Below, one piece after another: positions 27,628 to 36,108 of a DNA stretch of 64,000 nt. The DNA is taken from sequence record NC_041878.1. One strand, given 5' to 3'. Both the position numbers and the translations under genes were made by a program. Numbering within the stretch: the stretch's first letter is position 1; each line of letters opens with the position of its first letter. Below the pieces are notes generated by a model, which made no database searches, was not told where the DNA came from, and saw only the letters and a list, made by a program, of their open reading frames with translations.

Positions 27628-28878
27628 ATGAGCGATAATCATCTAGACAATCTAATTGTAAGACACCTAGCGGGGTCACAAGCATACGGTACAAGTACAC
27701 CAACATCTGATACTGATTTTCGCGGTATCTTCATGGCAGATAAAGAGTTTATTCTAACACCATTCTTTACTGTAAATGAAGTTTCTGACGTTTCAGAAGA
27801 AGATACAAAGTACTACGAACTTAACAACTACATGAAACTCTATCTTGACGCTAACCCAAATATTTTAGAATCACTATGGGTTGATGAGTCAGATATTGTA
27901 TTCAGTACTGAACTATATGAACATCTACGTGGTTCACGTTCTGAACTTCTATCTTCTAAGATTGCGTTTACATACACTGGCTATGCACATAACCAAGCAA
28001 AACGTATGAAAAACCATCATAGTTGGATGGATAAAGAACGTACTGGCGTTCGTATGCTACAGGAAATTTTTAACGACTATCCATGTCAGCAAACTATTGA
28101 CTGGATTGGTGATAACTTCCCTGACTACATCTTTAATCTACTAGATGTAGAACGTGGTCGTGGTCTGTACATTAAAACTATTCTCGCAATTAACTTCGAG
28201 AAATATATGAGAAATGCATCTCTACAGATGCTAAGTACTCAACCACTAAAACAATATCACTTTATTAAACTAGTTCATAACTATTTTGATTATCAAGTAC
28301 TGGATCGTGATTTCAATATCCTAAACTTTAATCATGGTTATCAACTTGTTCCTTATGGTGATAACACATTTGGTCTAGTGATCAAAGAAGGTAGTAGAGT
28401 TTTAAACGATGATGGTAGTATTCACCGCATTGACACTTCAAATCTGACTCTTGAAGAAGTTAAAGAGCAGCCAAAGATGATTGTCAAATTCAACAAAGAT
28501 GAATATGAAAAAAGTTCTGATAACAGAAACAACTATCATAGTTGGAAAAAGAATCGTAACGAAGCACGTTCTGCACTTGAACAAGCTAATGGGTATGACA
28601 CCAAACATGCGATGCATGTTGTCCGTCTTCTACGTACAGCAGAAGAAGCACTAACTACAGGTGAAGTTCTGGTTAAACGGCCTGATGCTGAAGAACTTCT
28701 GTCTATTCGTAATGGTGCATGGACATTTGATGAAATGATGGAGTACTGGACAGATCGTGATCAGTATATCCGTGAAGTACTTTATAAACAAACAGAATTA
28801 CCTAAAACTCCGAACATTCATGCAGCAGCTAAGCTACTAATTGAACTTCGTGAAATGCAATGGTACGGGAGCAAATAA
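27628..28878 (+). CDS. nucleotidyltransferase (Nuc-transf / T4 NrdC.11-like)
   Basis: GSQAYGTSTPTSDTDFRG, ANPNILE, YDTKHAMHVVRLL, EELLSIRNG. Confidence 0.85.
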   Translation: MSDNHLDNLIVRHLAGSQAYGTSTPTSDTDFRGIFMADKEFILTPFFTVNEVSDVSEEDTKYYELNNYMKLYLDANPNILESLWVDESDIVFSTELYEHLRGSRSELLSSKIAFTYTGYAHNQAKRMKNHHSWMDKERTGVRMLQEIFNDYPCQQTIDWIGDNFPDYIFNLLDVERGRGLYIKTILAINFEKYMRNASLQMLSTQPLKQYHFIKLVHNYFDYQVLDRDFNILNFNHGYQLVPYGDNTFGLVIKEGSRVLNDDGSIHRIDTSNLTLEEVKEQPKMIVKFNKDEYEKSSDNRNNYHSWKKNRNEARSALEQANGYDTKHAMHVVRLLRTAEEALTTGEVLVKRPDAEELLSIRNGAWTFDEMMEYWTDRDQYIREVLYKQTELPKTPNIHAAAKLLIELREMQWYGSK

Positions 28879-29294
28879 TGACTTTTCTAGAACAATTTAA
28901 AACTGCACGTGAAGTATATCTATCTCTAATCAACGAACATGGTGCAGATATTATGCGTGAAATCGTTAAAGAGATCGGGATTAATCATCCAGGTCTAACT
29001 ACTGGTATGATCATTGGGTATACACCAGAATGGAACGATGGTGAAGCATGTGAGCACAGTACTGATGTTCAGATTTCCTATCTTGATGAAGACCATGTAA
29101 TGCAATTTATGGAACTTGAAGAAGACCATGAATTTAATAACGTATCAAGGGAAGAAGGTCGCATTATTGAACGTGAGCTTGATCTTGTTGACGTTATTCT
29201 ACAAGAAATTTACGGTACTAACTATAAGTTTGCATTTACCATCATTGATGGCAACATTACAATTAAACACGAAGAATACTACTGCGGGTACTAA
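28878..29294 (+). CDS. hypothetical protein, GYTP-NDG paralogue 1
   Basis: GYTPEWNDGEACEH...HEEYYCGY. Confidence 0.75.
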   Translation: MTFLEQFKTAREVYLSLINEHGADIMREIVKEIGINHPGLTTGMIIGYTPEWNDGEACEHSTDVQISYLDEDHVMQFMELEEDHEFNNVSREEGRIIERELDLVDVILQEIYGTNYKFAFTIIDGNITIKHEEYYCGY

Positions 29295-29297
29295 TAA

Positions 29298-29801
29298 ATG
29301 ACAAATCTAGAAACTTTCATTCAACTAAAATCTGAAGTTACACGCACAACAATTGAACTATATGAATTTATTCGTGATAAGAAAAAAGACTTAATTTTAG
29401 ATATTGCTAAGGAACTTAAATCTATTTCTGGAATGAATAAAGTAATCGTGAAAGGTTATACTCCAGGATTTAATGATGGTGATGCATGTACCCATAGTAG
29501 TGAAGTGTATTACAACAAACGTTATGATTTTAGTGAAATCGCAGAATATGGTATATATGGTCTAGCAGAATTTCTTGGTGCACCCGAAGAATTTGTAGAC
29601 GAAGAAGATGAGCTTTATAATTGGGATGAAATCAACAACGTTAATACATATGATGATGCTGATGAAGATAAAGTTAAAGAGCTTATTTCACTACTCGATG
29701 ACCTAATTGAGACAACTTATTATACTGATTATATTGTTTACATCGATCTAACTACAGATGAACCAACAATTACTCATGAAGATTACGATTGTGGATATTA
29801 A
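29298..29801 (+). CDS. hypothetical protein, GYTP-NDG paralogue 2
   Basis: GYTPGFNDGDACTH...HEDYDCGY. Confidence 0.75.
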   Translation: MTNLETFIQLKSEVTRTTIELYEFIRDKKKDLILDIAKELKSISGMNKVIVKGYTPGFNDGDACTHSSEVYYNKRYDFSEIAEYGIYGLAEFLGAPEEFVDEEDELYNWDEINNVNTYDDADEDKVKELISLLDDLIETTYYTDYIVYIDLTTDEPTITHEDYDCGY

Positions 29802-30360
29802 TACTCTAAATCCAGTTGGAAGTATTGAACTAAATCTTTTTACTTGGGAGGTTCCAGAGAACCTTCCAGTACAAGAATTTAAATACGCTTCACCAAAAAA
29901 AGTACTTGACAGCATCCCACCAGAAATGGCACAATTAGTGCAAAGAATGATTGACGAAATTAAAAAATATGATTCTCGCTCAATCGTTGTTGATTATCGT
30001 GTTCGGGAATTAGATTCTGGTGACAGTGGTTCGCAAATTTATGGGTATCATCTGGATTGTACAAATGATATACATGATGATTTTGAACCTGAAACCCATG
30101 TTATCTTTGGTACTGTACAGGGTACAAGTTTTGTAATGAACCCAATTAATAGTATTGGATACAATACTGTTGAGGATGTTTTGCGTAATGAAGTACTGGT
30201 TGAACATGTAGCAGCCACCAATACTGCACATAAGTACACAAGTAAGGTACTTCATAATTGTCCACTAATTGAAAAACCATGCCAGCGGTTACTAATTCGT
30301 GTTACTGCTGGATTTAAAGAAAGGATCGAACATGTCAAATCTTCAAAATGTGAAGCGTGA
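29758..30360 (+). CDS. putative 2OG-Fe(II) dioxygenase-like protein
   Basis: YHLD (HxD) ... LHNCP ... RLLIRV pattern; start uncertain. Confidence 0.55.
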   Translation: MNQQLLMKITIVDINTLNPVGSIELNLFTWEVPENLPVQEFKYASPKKVLDSIPPEMAQLVQRMIDEIKKYDSRSIVVDYRVRELDSGDSGSQIYGYHLDCTNDIHDDFEPETHVIFGTVQGTSFVMNPINSIGYNTVEDVLRNEVLVEHVAATNTAHKYTSKVLHNCPLIEKPCQRLLIRVTAGFKERIEHVKSSKCEA

Positions 30361-30748
30361 TATTTCCGCAGCTTATTTTAGTACTAACAACACTGCTGAA
30401 CGTTACGATATTCTTCACGAAATTTTAGATCACATTGATGAATTGCGTAAAACTACTTTACAACAAATCGCGAGCGGAAGTTTTGAACTTGTACAAAAAG
30501 ATGATGCACTTTCTAAAATTCATCAAATTTTGTCAATAAGTTCATCTATGCACATGGATTCAGTGAAAGCAGTAGTTCATGCTGATTCTAAAGTATCTCA
30601 CGTTTTCACAGAATTAAATTTAGATTCACTTGATTACGTAGAATTTATCATGGAAGTTGAAGAACAATTTGATGTTGAGATTTCCGATTATGATGCTGAA
30701 CAATTTGATACAATTAATGATATTATTCGTATCGTCACCAGCAAATAA
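30332..30748 (+). CDS. acyl carrier protein-like domain with N-terminal extension
   Basis: ELNLDSLDYVEFIMEVEEQFDVEISDYDAE aligns by eye to E. coli AcpP [30 protein letters not shown]; DSL serine intact. Confidence 0.85.
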   Translation: MSNLQNVKRDISAAYFSTNNTAERYDILHEILDHIDELRKTTLQQIASGSFELVQKDDALSKIHQILSISSSMHMDSVKAVVHADSKVSHVFTELNLDSLDYVEFIMEVEEQFDVEISDYDAEQFDTINDIIRIVTSK

Positions 30749-30754
30749 TTCATG

Positions 30755-30779
30755 AAACCCGTCATAAATGGCGGGTTTT
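30755..30779 (+). terminator. putative intrinsic terminator
   Basis: AAACCCGTCA-TAAA-TGGCGGGTTT-T. Confidence 0.65.
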
Positions 30780-30820
30780 CTATTAAATATGGTATATACC
30801 TAGCTTCAGAGGGAGTTACC

Positions 30821-31189
30821 ATGTGGAATTTTATTAAGTTAAACAAGCTACCAATAAGTATTGTTGCATTCTTTTTGTACACAGTACTAATGATTTTTGG
30901 TGGTTGGAAAGTACATACGTACTACGATGGCTATCAGGCCAATTTAGATCATAAAGTTGAATTAATTGTTAAAGACGGTATCAGTAATTATCAACGTGCT
31001 CAAGCTCAAGGTTTAGAAGACCAGAAAAATTTGCTTGAAGGTGCAAAGACTAATACCATAATTAAAGAAAAAACAATCCTACAGCAACCAATTTATTTGC
31101 AACAATGTATGGATCAAGCAGGTGTTGACCTATTGAATGAATACCGCAAAGAATCGGCTAATATTATCAATGGGAAGACTAAAAAATGA
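30821..31189 (+). CDS. i-spanin (Rz-like)
   Basis: GGGAG RBS, single N-terminal TM helix, helical body, C-terminal Cys; overlaps a lipoprotein gene; TAAATA at 30784. Confidence 0.75.
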   Translation: MWNFIKLNKLPISIVAFFLYTVLMIFGGWKVHTYYDGYQANLDHKVELIVKDGISNYQRAQAQGLEDQKNLLEGAKTNTIIKEKTILQQPIYLQQCMDQAGVDLLNEYRKESANIINGKTKK

Positions 31190-31500
31190 AAAAAATAAAA
31201 ATCTTTTTTGTTGCTATTCTTATTGCTTTCACTTTCGCAATTAGTGGTTGCAGTACTGTTCCAGTGAAAAATACGCCTATTATTGAACAACAATCATTAC
31301 TACAACTTTGTGGTACTGATACACCAATTCCTACCAATTTTGTTATAAATGAAAAAGGTGAAAAGGTGTATAATGGCAAGGAACTATACACTGTACTAAG
31401 AGATTGGCAAACATATTATAACCAATGTGCAGCGATGCATAACCAATTAGTACGTACTATTCTTGAACTTCAAGATATGAAAGACGTACCTAAAAAATAG
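31186..31500 (+). CDS. o-spanin (Rz1-like lipoprotein)
   Basis: lipobox ISG-C, Pro-containing body, extra Cys, ATGA overlap with i-spanin. Confidence 0.75.
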   Translation: MKKIKIFFVAILIAFTFAISGCSTVPVKNTPIIEQQSLLQLCGTDTPIPTNFVINEKGEKVYNGKELYTVLRDWQTYYNQCAAMHNQLVRTILELQDMKDVPKK

Positions 31501-31501
31501 C

Positions 31502-31963
31502 TTGATTTTGAGCTACATAATTGATATAATTAAGGAAATCGTGAGATTTCCTTTTTTCGTTTGGAGTTTTGTAATGCTTAAAGATTTAGAATTTTCCCAC
31601 CTGGAAGTTATTAGTGCAACTAAAAACATCAATGATCTGTACGACCAAAAAGATTTTAATATCACAATAACAATGGTGCGTGAAGAAGATTCTTTTGCAC
31701 ATTTAGAGGGCATTGAACGATTAATTCATGAAACTCGCCTACATGACGAAAAGAAATTTATTAAGTTAAGTTGTACGTATAGTACAAACGAAGATGGTCA
31801 GATTATTCTTCCTATTAAAATTGCGTACAATGGTGGTACTGAAAAGTATTCTGTTCGTGCTTATTATGATCACGACCTTGAACCAAGTATTTTTGAAGAT
31901 ATTAACTTTGTAGAGAACTTTTTTGATCGTTCTCCTAATGATTTAAAACGTGTGTTTATGTAA
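31502..31963 (+). CDS. hypothetical protein
   Basis: ORF present; true start probably downstream of the TTG. Confidence 0.6.
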   Translation: MILSYIIDIIKEIVRFPFFVWSFVMLKDLEFSHLEVISATKNINDLYDQKDFNITITMVREEDSFAHLEGIERLIHETRLHDEKKFIKLSCTYSTNEDGQIILPIKIAYNGGTEKYSVRAYYDHDLEPSIFEDINFVENFFDRSPNDLKRVFM

Positions 31964-31973
31964 GGATTAAATA

Positions 31974-32228
31974 ATGGATGATGTATATTACCGTATCATT
32001 CGCACAAGCGAAGATGATACACTACTAACCGTTGTGTGTATGCAATGGTTTGATGAACATGATTATGATAAAGATCGTTTCCTATGTGAAAAGGGTACAC
32101 GTAATCGTTTATCATTCAGTACTGAAGACGAAGCTATTGAGTTCTTGAATGTTAATATTAAATTGGAAAATATTGATCCAGAATATCGTAGGCAAACACA
32201 AAAGTACAATGACAATTTCTACAAATAA
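31974..32228 (+). CDS. hypothetical protein
   Basis: AAGGA RBS, 84 aa. Confidence 0.7.
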   Translation: MDDVYYRIIRTSEDDTLLTVVCMQWFDEHDYDKDRFLCEKGTRNRLSFSTEDEAIEFLNVNIKLENIDPEYRRQTQKYNDNFYK

Positions 32229-32229
32229 A

Positions 32230-32258
32230 TGAAACGTTTTTGAATTTTGTGGTATAAT
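32230..32258 (+). promoter_or_regulatory. TGAAAC-class promoter
   Basis: TGAAAC-N17-TATAAT with TGTGG extension. Confidence 0.75.
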
Positions 32259-32263
32259 GTAGG

Positions 32264-32735
32264 GGAAGACACTAAAAGCGTCTTCTCTTGTTTAAAACTC
32301 TGATTGATCCAGATATGGAATAGTTGAAACCTGCACTGATGAAAATGTAATTGGTGAGATGAGTAGTTCAATCAGTACGAGTGCAATATATTTTACCCGT
32401 TAGGAATCGGCATAGTTTGTACCGACCACGGCAATGCGGCACTTTAAATGCGTCCTTGACATGAACGCACTAGATAGGCATTAGAGGCATACTCACCTGT
32501 TAAAAGGGAGATATTCTACGGAATATCAATAGTATTTGTTGCTGAATTAGCAAGTACTATATGCGAAGGAATGTGAAATCTTCGACCGTTGTATGCGACT
32601 GTAGTAACTGGAAACCGGACAACCCGCCAGTGTTTACTACAAATTTTAGACAATATAGATCCGTCCAAAATTTGAGTAAAATCTACAAATTCAGAGGTAA
32701 GACTACCACCGTCAGATATATTCTGACTTTTTTTT
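32264..32735 (+). ncRNA. candidate ~470-nt structured non-coding RNA of unknown class
   Basis: bounded by a promoter and a terminator; at least six hairpins; no ORF with a credible RBS. Confidence 0.6.
32711..32735 (+). terminator. intrinsic terminator
   Basis: GTCAGA-TATAT-TCTGAC followed by T8. Confidence 0.8.
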
Positions 32736-32889
32736 CGTTCCCCTTTCGTGGGGGGATGCAAATGGATCAACAAACCCCGTCAGTATAACAGTATTGAACG
32801 TATTAAATATAAGTACTTCGAATTGAGTTTCATTGTACAAACGTCAGTGCAGTACAATAAACGAAATTCTTGGCTAACGGAGTTAGACA

Positions 32890-33255
32890 ATGAACCTATC
32901 AGAAAACAAGTATTTCTACGATGTAATGAGTAGATACTTCCTAATTTTAATTGAGATGAATTTGTACCAGTACAGATTCAATAGAATTTTTCTTAATGAA
33001 CACAATGATGATAAATCTCTTGGTATTTTTGAAGCTATGAAAGAATTAGCTGAGCTAGGAGAAAAAGTCGTTTGTGTTAATTTCGATCCCAATTTTCCTG
33101 TACAAGAAATAGAAAATCTATCATTCATTGATAGTAAACTTTACGGATTCCACCAAGAAGACTGTGATTTTCTTTTTGTGTACGGGCATTTGAATTTCAA
33201 AATAATTAGCAATATCAGTCGTGACTACAATCCAAAGTTTATTTTCCACTGCTAA
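32890..33255 (+). CDS. hypothetical protein
   Basis: GGAG RBS, 121 aa. Confidence 0.65.
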   Translation: MNLSENKYFYDVMSRYFLILIEMNLYQYRFNRIFLNEHNDDKSLGIFEAMKELAELGEKVVCVNFDPNFPVQEIENLSFIDSKLYGFHQEDCDFLFVYGHLNFKIISNISRDYNPKFIFHC

Positions 33256-33286
33256 ATACGGTATCTAAACTAAGGAGTTAGCGATT

Positions 33287-33727
33287 ATGAGCGAACATTT
33301 TGATCCTAATGACATACGTAGTATGATGGATTATGTAGAAATTACTGACGATACTCACGAAGATATTTTAATTAAATTCGTAGAGAACAGTATTTTTCTA
33401 GAATCACAAGCACATCACTGGCATTTACAGTGTATGTACTATTCTAAACATATGGAACTTGATGAGTTCTATAAAGGACTACCAGAATATGTCGATGATT
33501 TTATCGAAGGTATGATGGCTGAACGTGGTCCAATATTCAGTACTGGAAGTTCTTATGTATTCCAACCACTAGAAGAAGCAATTCCAGTACTTGAAGAATA
33601 TGTACAGCATTGCAACAAGATTCATGAAATCTTAGACAGTATTGGAGAATATGGTTCAGTTAACAAGCTTGAAGATATTATAAGTTTTGTTGACAGTATA
33701 CTATACAAATTGAAAGTACTACAATAA
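33287..33727 (+). CDS. Dps/ferritin-like protein
   Basis: QAHHWH...HMELDEFY...DDFIE ferritin-like helix pattern; TAAATA at 33253. Confidence 0.7.
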   Translation: MSEHFDPNDIRSMMDYVEITDDTHEDILIKFVENSIFLESQAHHWHLQCMYYSKHMELDEFYKGLPEYVDDFIEGMMAERGPIFSTGSSYVFQPLEEAIPVLEEYVQHCNKIHEILDSIGEYGSVNKLEDIISFVDSILYKLKVLQ

Positions 33728-33731
33728 TAAT

Positions 33732-33758
33732 AAGGACACCTAGCGTGTCCTTTTCTTT
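33732..33758 (+). terminator. intrinsic terminator
   Basis: AAGGACAC-CTAGC-GTGTCCTT plus T-rich tail. Confidence 0.75.
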
Positions 33759-33770
33759 TATGGAAATTAT

Positions 33771-34202
33771 ATGAAAAAACTATATAGATTTGAAGTTGAC
33801 TACGGTAGAAGCGGTAATTTAAGTGGGCTATTTGTAAGTACTGATGAAGATTTAGATTTGCTTAATGACACCACGATTTACTTCGGTGAAGTACTTGGTA
33901 AACATTCTGAAGTTTGGATTGATAACTTCCAATGGCAAGAATATTGTACCGTTGTAAGTGATGATTCAGAAAAAATTGACTGGTTAGTTGATATTTTGGG
34001 ATATTCATTAAGTGGTTTTAATCCTGAAGATTATTATGAGTACTATGATTCTGACGAATATCAAGATGGTTTTGATAGTACTCCAGAAGATGACTGTCCA
34101 TATGAATTGGATGGTGAACGTGCACGTTGGTTCAAGGGATTGCATGATCGTTTGATTCATAATGCAGAATGTGTAGAAGATGAGGAAGAAAGTGAAGATT
34201 AA
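33771..34202 (+). CDS. acidic hypothetical protein
   Basis: 143 aa; DYGRSG...GLF and YFGEVLGKHSEV blocks. Confidence 0.7.
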   Translation: MKKLYRFEVDYGRSGNLSGLFVSTDEDLDLLNDTTIYFGEVLGKHSEVWIDNFQWQEYCTVVSDDSEKIDWLVDILGYSLSGFNPEDYYEYYDSDEYQDGFDSTPEDDCPYELDGERARWFKGLHDRLIHNAECVEDEEESED

Positions 34203-34695
34203 AGATGGATTTTTATTCTTTTGGGTAAATGAAGATTATATGTCTAACTGGTACAAATCTGAGTTTGTACTTCATGGCTTGACGTTTAACTGTGCTGAAC
34301 AGTACATGATGTACTCTAAAGCAATGGTGTTTGATGATACATATCATGCACAAAAAATTATGGAAACAAAATCTCAATCTAAGCAAAAAGGTTATGGTCG
34401 TAAGGTACGAAACTATAATGATGATGTTTGGAGTGAAGTACGAGTAGAAGTTGTGTATGATGCACTAATGGCTAAGTTCAGGCAGAATGATGATATTCGT
34501 GAACAGCTTCTAAGTACTGGTGATTTACACTTAGTAGAGGCATCACCATATGATCAGATTTGGGGAATTGGTATGGATGAAGATGATCCTGATGCCACGA
34601 ATCCTGAAAAATGGGATGGTGATAATCTCTTAGGCGAAGTGCTTATGGTAGTACGTGAACACTTGAGGAAAGAATATGAAAGTAACAATTCGTAA
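34180..34695 (+). CDS. NADAR (YbiA-like) ADP-ribosyl glycohydrolase
   Basis: SNWY, AEQYMM..KA, GRKV, AKF.QN, LVEASPYDQIWGIG, GDNLLG. Confidence 0.92.
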   Translation: MRKKVKIKDGFLFFWVNEDYMSNWYKSEFVLHGLTFNCAEQYMMYSKAMVFDDTYHAQKIMETKSQSKQKGYGRKVRNYNDDVWSEVRVEVVYDALMAKFRQNDDIREQLLSTGDLHLVEASPYDQIWGIGMDEDDPDATNPEKWDGDNLLGEVLMVVREHLRKEYESNNS

Positions 34696-34963
34696 AATTG
34701 TTTATGTAGATGAACAAGTAGACTTGCTTGATTTTCTTGATAGTCATGACTGTGTACCAGAGTTTATTGACTTATCTAATCCCTATTATGGTGAAGGTTA
34801 CAATTTTCCTGGATACCCAACTGAAAATTTTATTATGGTTCATCAAGAATCATATGATGGTGGATTACATGAACTAGGATATATTCTTTGTGAAAAAGAA
34901 CCACCTTGCTTAAAAACATATATTAAGGAACATATCACAGAGTTTGTTCCATTTGAAGAATAA
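34676..34963 (+). CDS. hypothetical protein
   Basis: 95-aa ORF in operon context. Confidence 0.65.
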   Translation: MKVTIRKIVYVDEQVDLLDFLDSHDCVPEFIDLSNPYYGEGYNFPGYPTENFIMVHQESYDGGLHELGYILCEKEPPCLKTYIKEHITEFVPFEE

Positions 34964-34975
34964 AAAGGATTTTTA

Positions 34976-35545
34976 ATGGCTAAATTGTATTACAAATTTA
35001 GTTCCATGAATGCGGGTAAAAGTACTAACCTACTTCAAATTGCATTTAACTACAAGGAACGTGGTTATAACACATTAATTTTTACATCTGCACTTGATGA
35101 TCGTTACGGTACTGGTAAGGTGACTTCCAGAATTGGAATAGATGCAGATGCAATTATAATTCCTAAAGACGATTTAACAGTACTGAACGGGTCAAGAAAC
35201 TCCTTGATTTCGAATCAAATTGCTGCTATATTTGTTGATGAATGTCAGTTCTTATCTAAGGAACAAGTTGACATTTTAGGTGAGATTGTTGACGAATACG
35301 ATATTCCAGTGTTCTGCTACGGAATCAGGACTGATTTTGAGTCTAATTTGTTTAGTGGTTCACAACGCCTATTCGAAATAGCGGATAGTATAGAAGAATT
35401 GAGAAACATCTGTCAGTGCGGAAAGAAAGCAATTTTTAATGCTAGATTGGTTGATAGCACCGAACAAGTGCTGATTGGTGGTAATGATGTTTATCAAAGT
35501 ATGTGTAGACGTTGTTATCGTAAATTTATTCAACAAAAACCTTGA
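34976..35545 (+). CDS. tdk: thymidine kinase
   Basis: MNAGKST, FVDECQF, YGIRTDF, CQCG...CRRC, IGGNDVY. Confidence 0.95.
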   Translation: MAKLYYKFSSMNAGKSTNLLQIAFNYKERGYNTLIFTSALDDRYGTGKVTSRIGIDADAIIIPKDDLTVLNGSRNSLISNQIAAIFVDECQFLSKEQVDILGEIVDEYDIPVFCYGIRTDFESNLFSGSQRLFEIADSIEELRNICQCGKKAIFNARLVDSTEQVLIGGNDVYQSMCRRCYRKFIQQKP

Positions 35546-35571
35546 CATAGAATACAATGGGCTGATATAAT
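35542..35571 (+). promoter_or_regulatory. sigma70-type promoter with -10 in a hairpin loop
   Basis: TTGACA-N18-TATAAT with extended TG; ATGGGCTGA/TCAGTCCAT arms flank the -10. Confidence 0.7.
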
Positions 35572-35598
35572 CAGTCCATATTTTTATGGGAGAACGAT

Positions 35599-36108
35599 AT
35601 GGCAACTGCAATGTTGTGTATTCAAATTTTAAGTATATTTTGGTTCTTAGCTGGGCTTGCAAATAATGGATACATGGGTATTCGTATGCAACGTCGAATA
35701 AAGTTTTTACTTCGAACTACTGACAAAGATAGTAGTTCAATGATAATTCGAATTATCGAACGATACAATAATGGTGAATTCACTGTACAGAAAAGTAAGT
35801 ACAATGACAATTTACTATTCACTAAAGTCATTGGTGAAGGTGCGTTAAGTTACGATACTCAACGTATGTATGTTCAAGTAGATGAACCATTAGATAAATG
35901 TTTTGGATGGGTATCTGATGAACCAATTCACGTTGTACATTATAAACAGAATTTCAAAGACCTTTGTAATGGACGTGGAGCAATTTCATTTGAGGCATGG
36001 TCAATGCTCATGGAATTACGTTCTAAGTTAAATGAAGATTCTGAAAAACCTGTTCGTCATGGTTTCTTCAAACGTAAACATAAAAACGAGGAAGTACATT
36101 TATCATGA
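35599..36108 (+). CDS. membrane-anchored hypothetical protein
   Basis: GGGAG RBS, N-terminal hydrophobic helix. Confidence 0.7.
   Translation: MATAMLCIQILSIFWFLAGLANNGYMGIRMQRRIKFLLRTTDKDSSSMIIRIIERYNNGEFTVQKSKYNDNLLFTKVIGEGALSYDTQRMYVQVDEPLDKCFGWVSDEPIHVVHYKQNFKDLCNGRGAISFEAWSMLMELRSKLNEDSEKPVRHGFFKRKHKNEEVHLS

Noticed and set aside
32600-32730. Group I intron-like words in the ncRNA candidate (CTGGAAA, CAACCCGCCAG, TTCAGAG..GACTAC, AGATATATTC)
   Set aside because: The P7 pairing fails (TATTC cannot pair with GACTA), there is no room for P3/P8 between the R- and S-like segments, and no interrupted gene flanks it.
32229-32889. tmRNA, tRNA or RNase P RNA in the large gap
   Set aside because: No T-arm (GTTCGA/GTTCAA in a 5-bp stem), no GGGGC start with G3-U70, and no RNase P P4 motifs were found by eye; a covariance-model search is still needed.
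32516-32933. ORF-track calls 32516-32773 (-), 32561-32788 (+) and 32748-32933 (+)
   Set aside because: No credible RBS, atypical composition, and they run through stable hairpins and a terminator.
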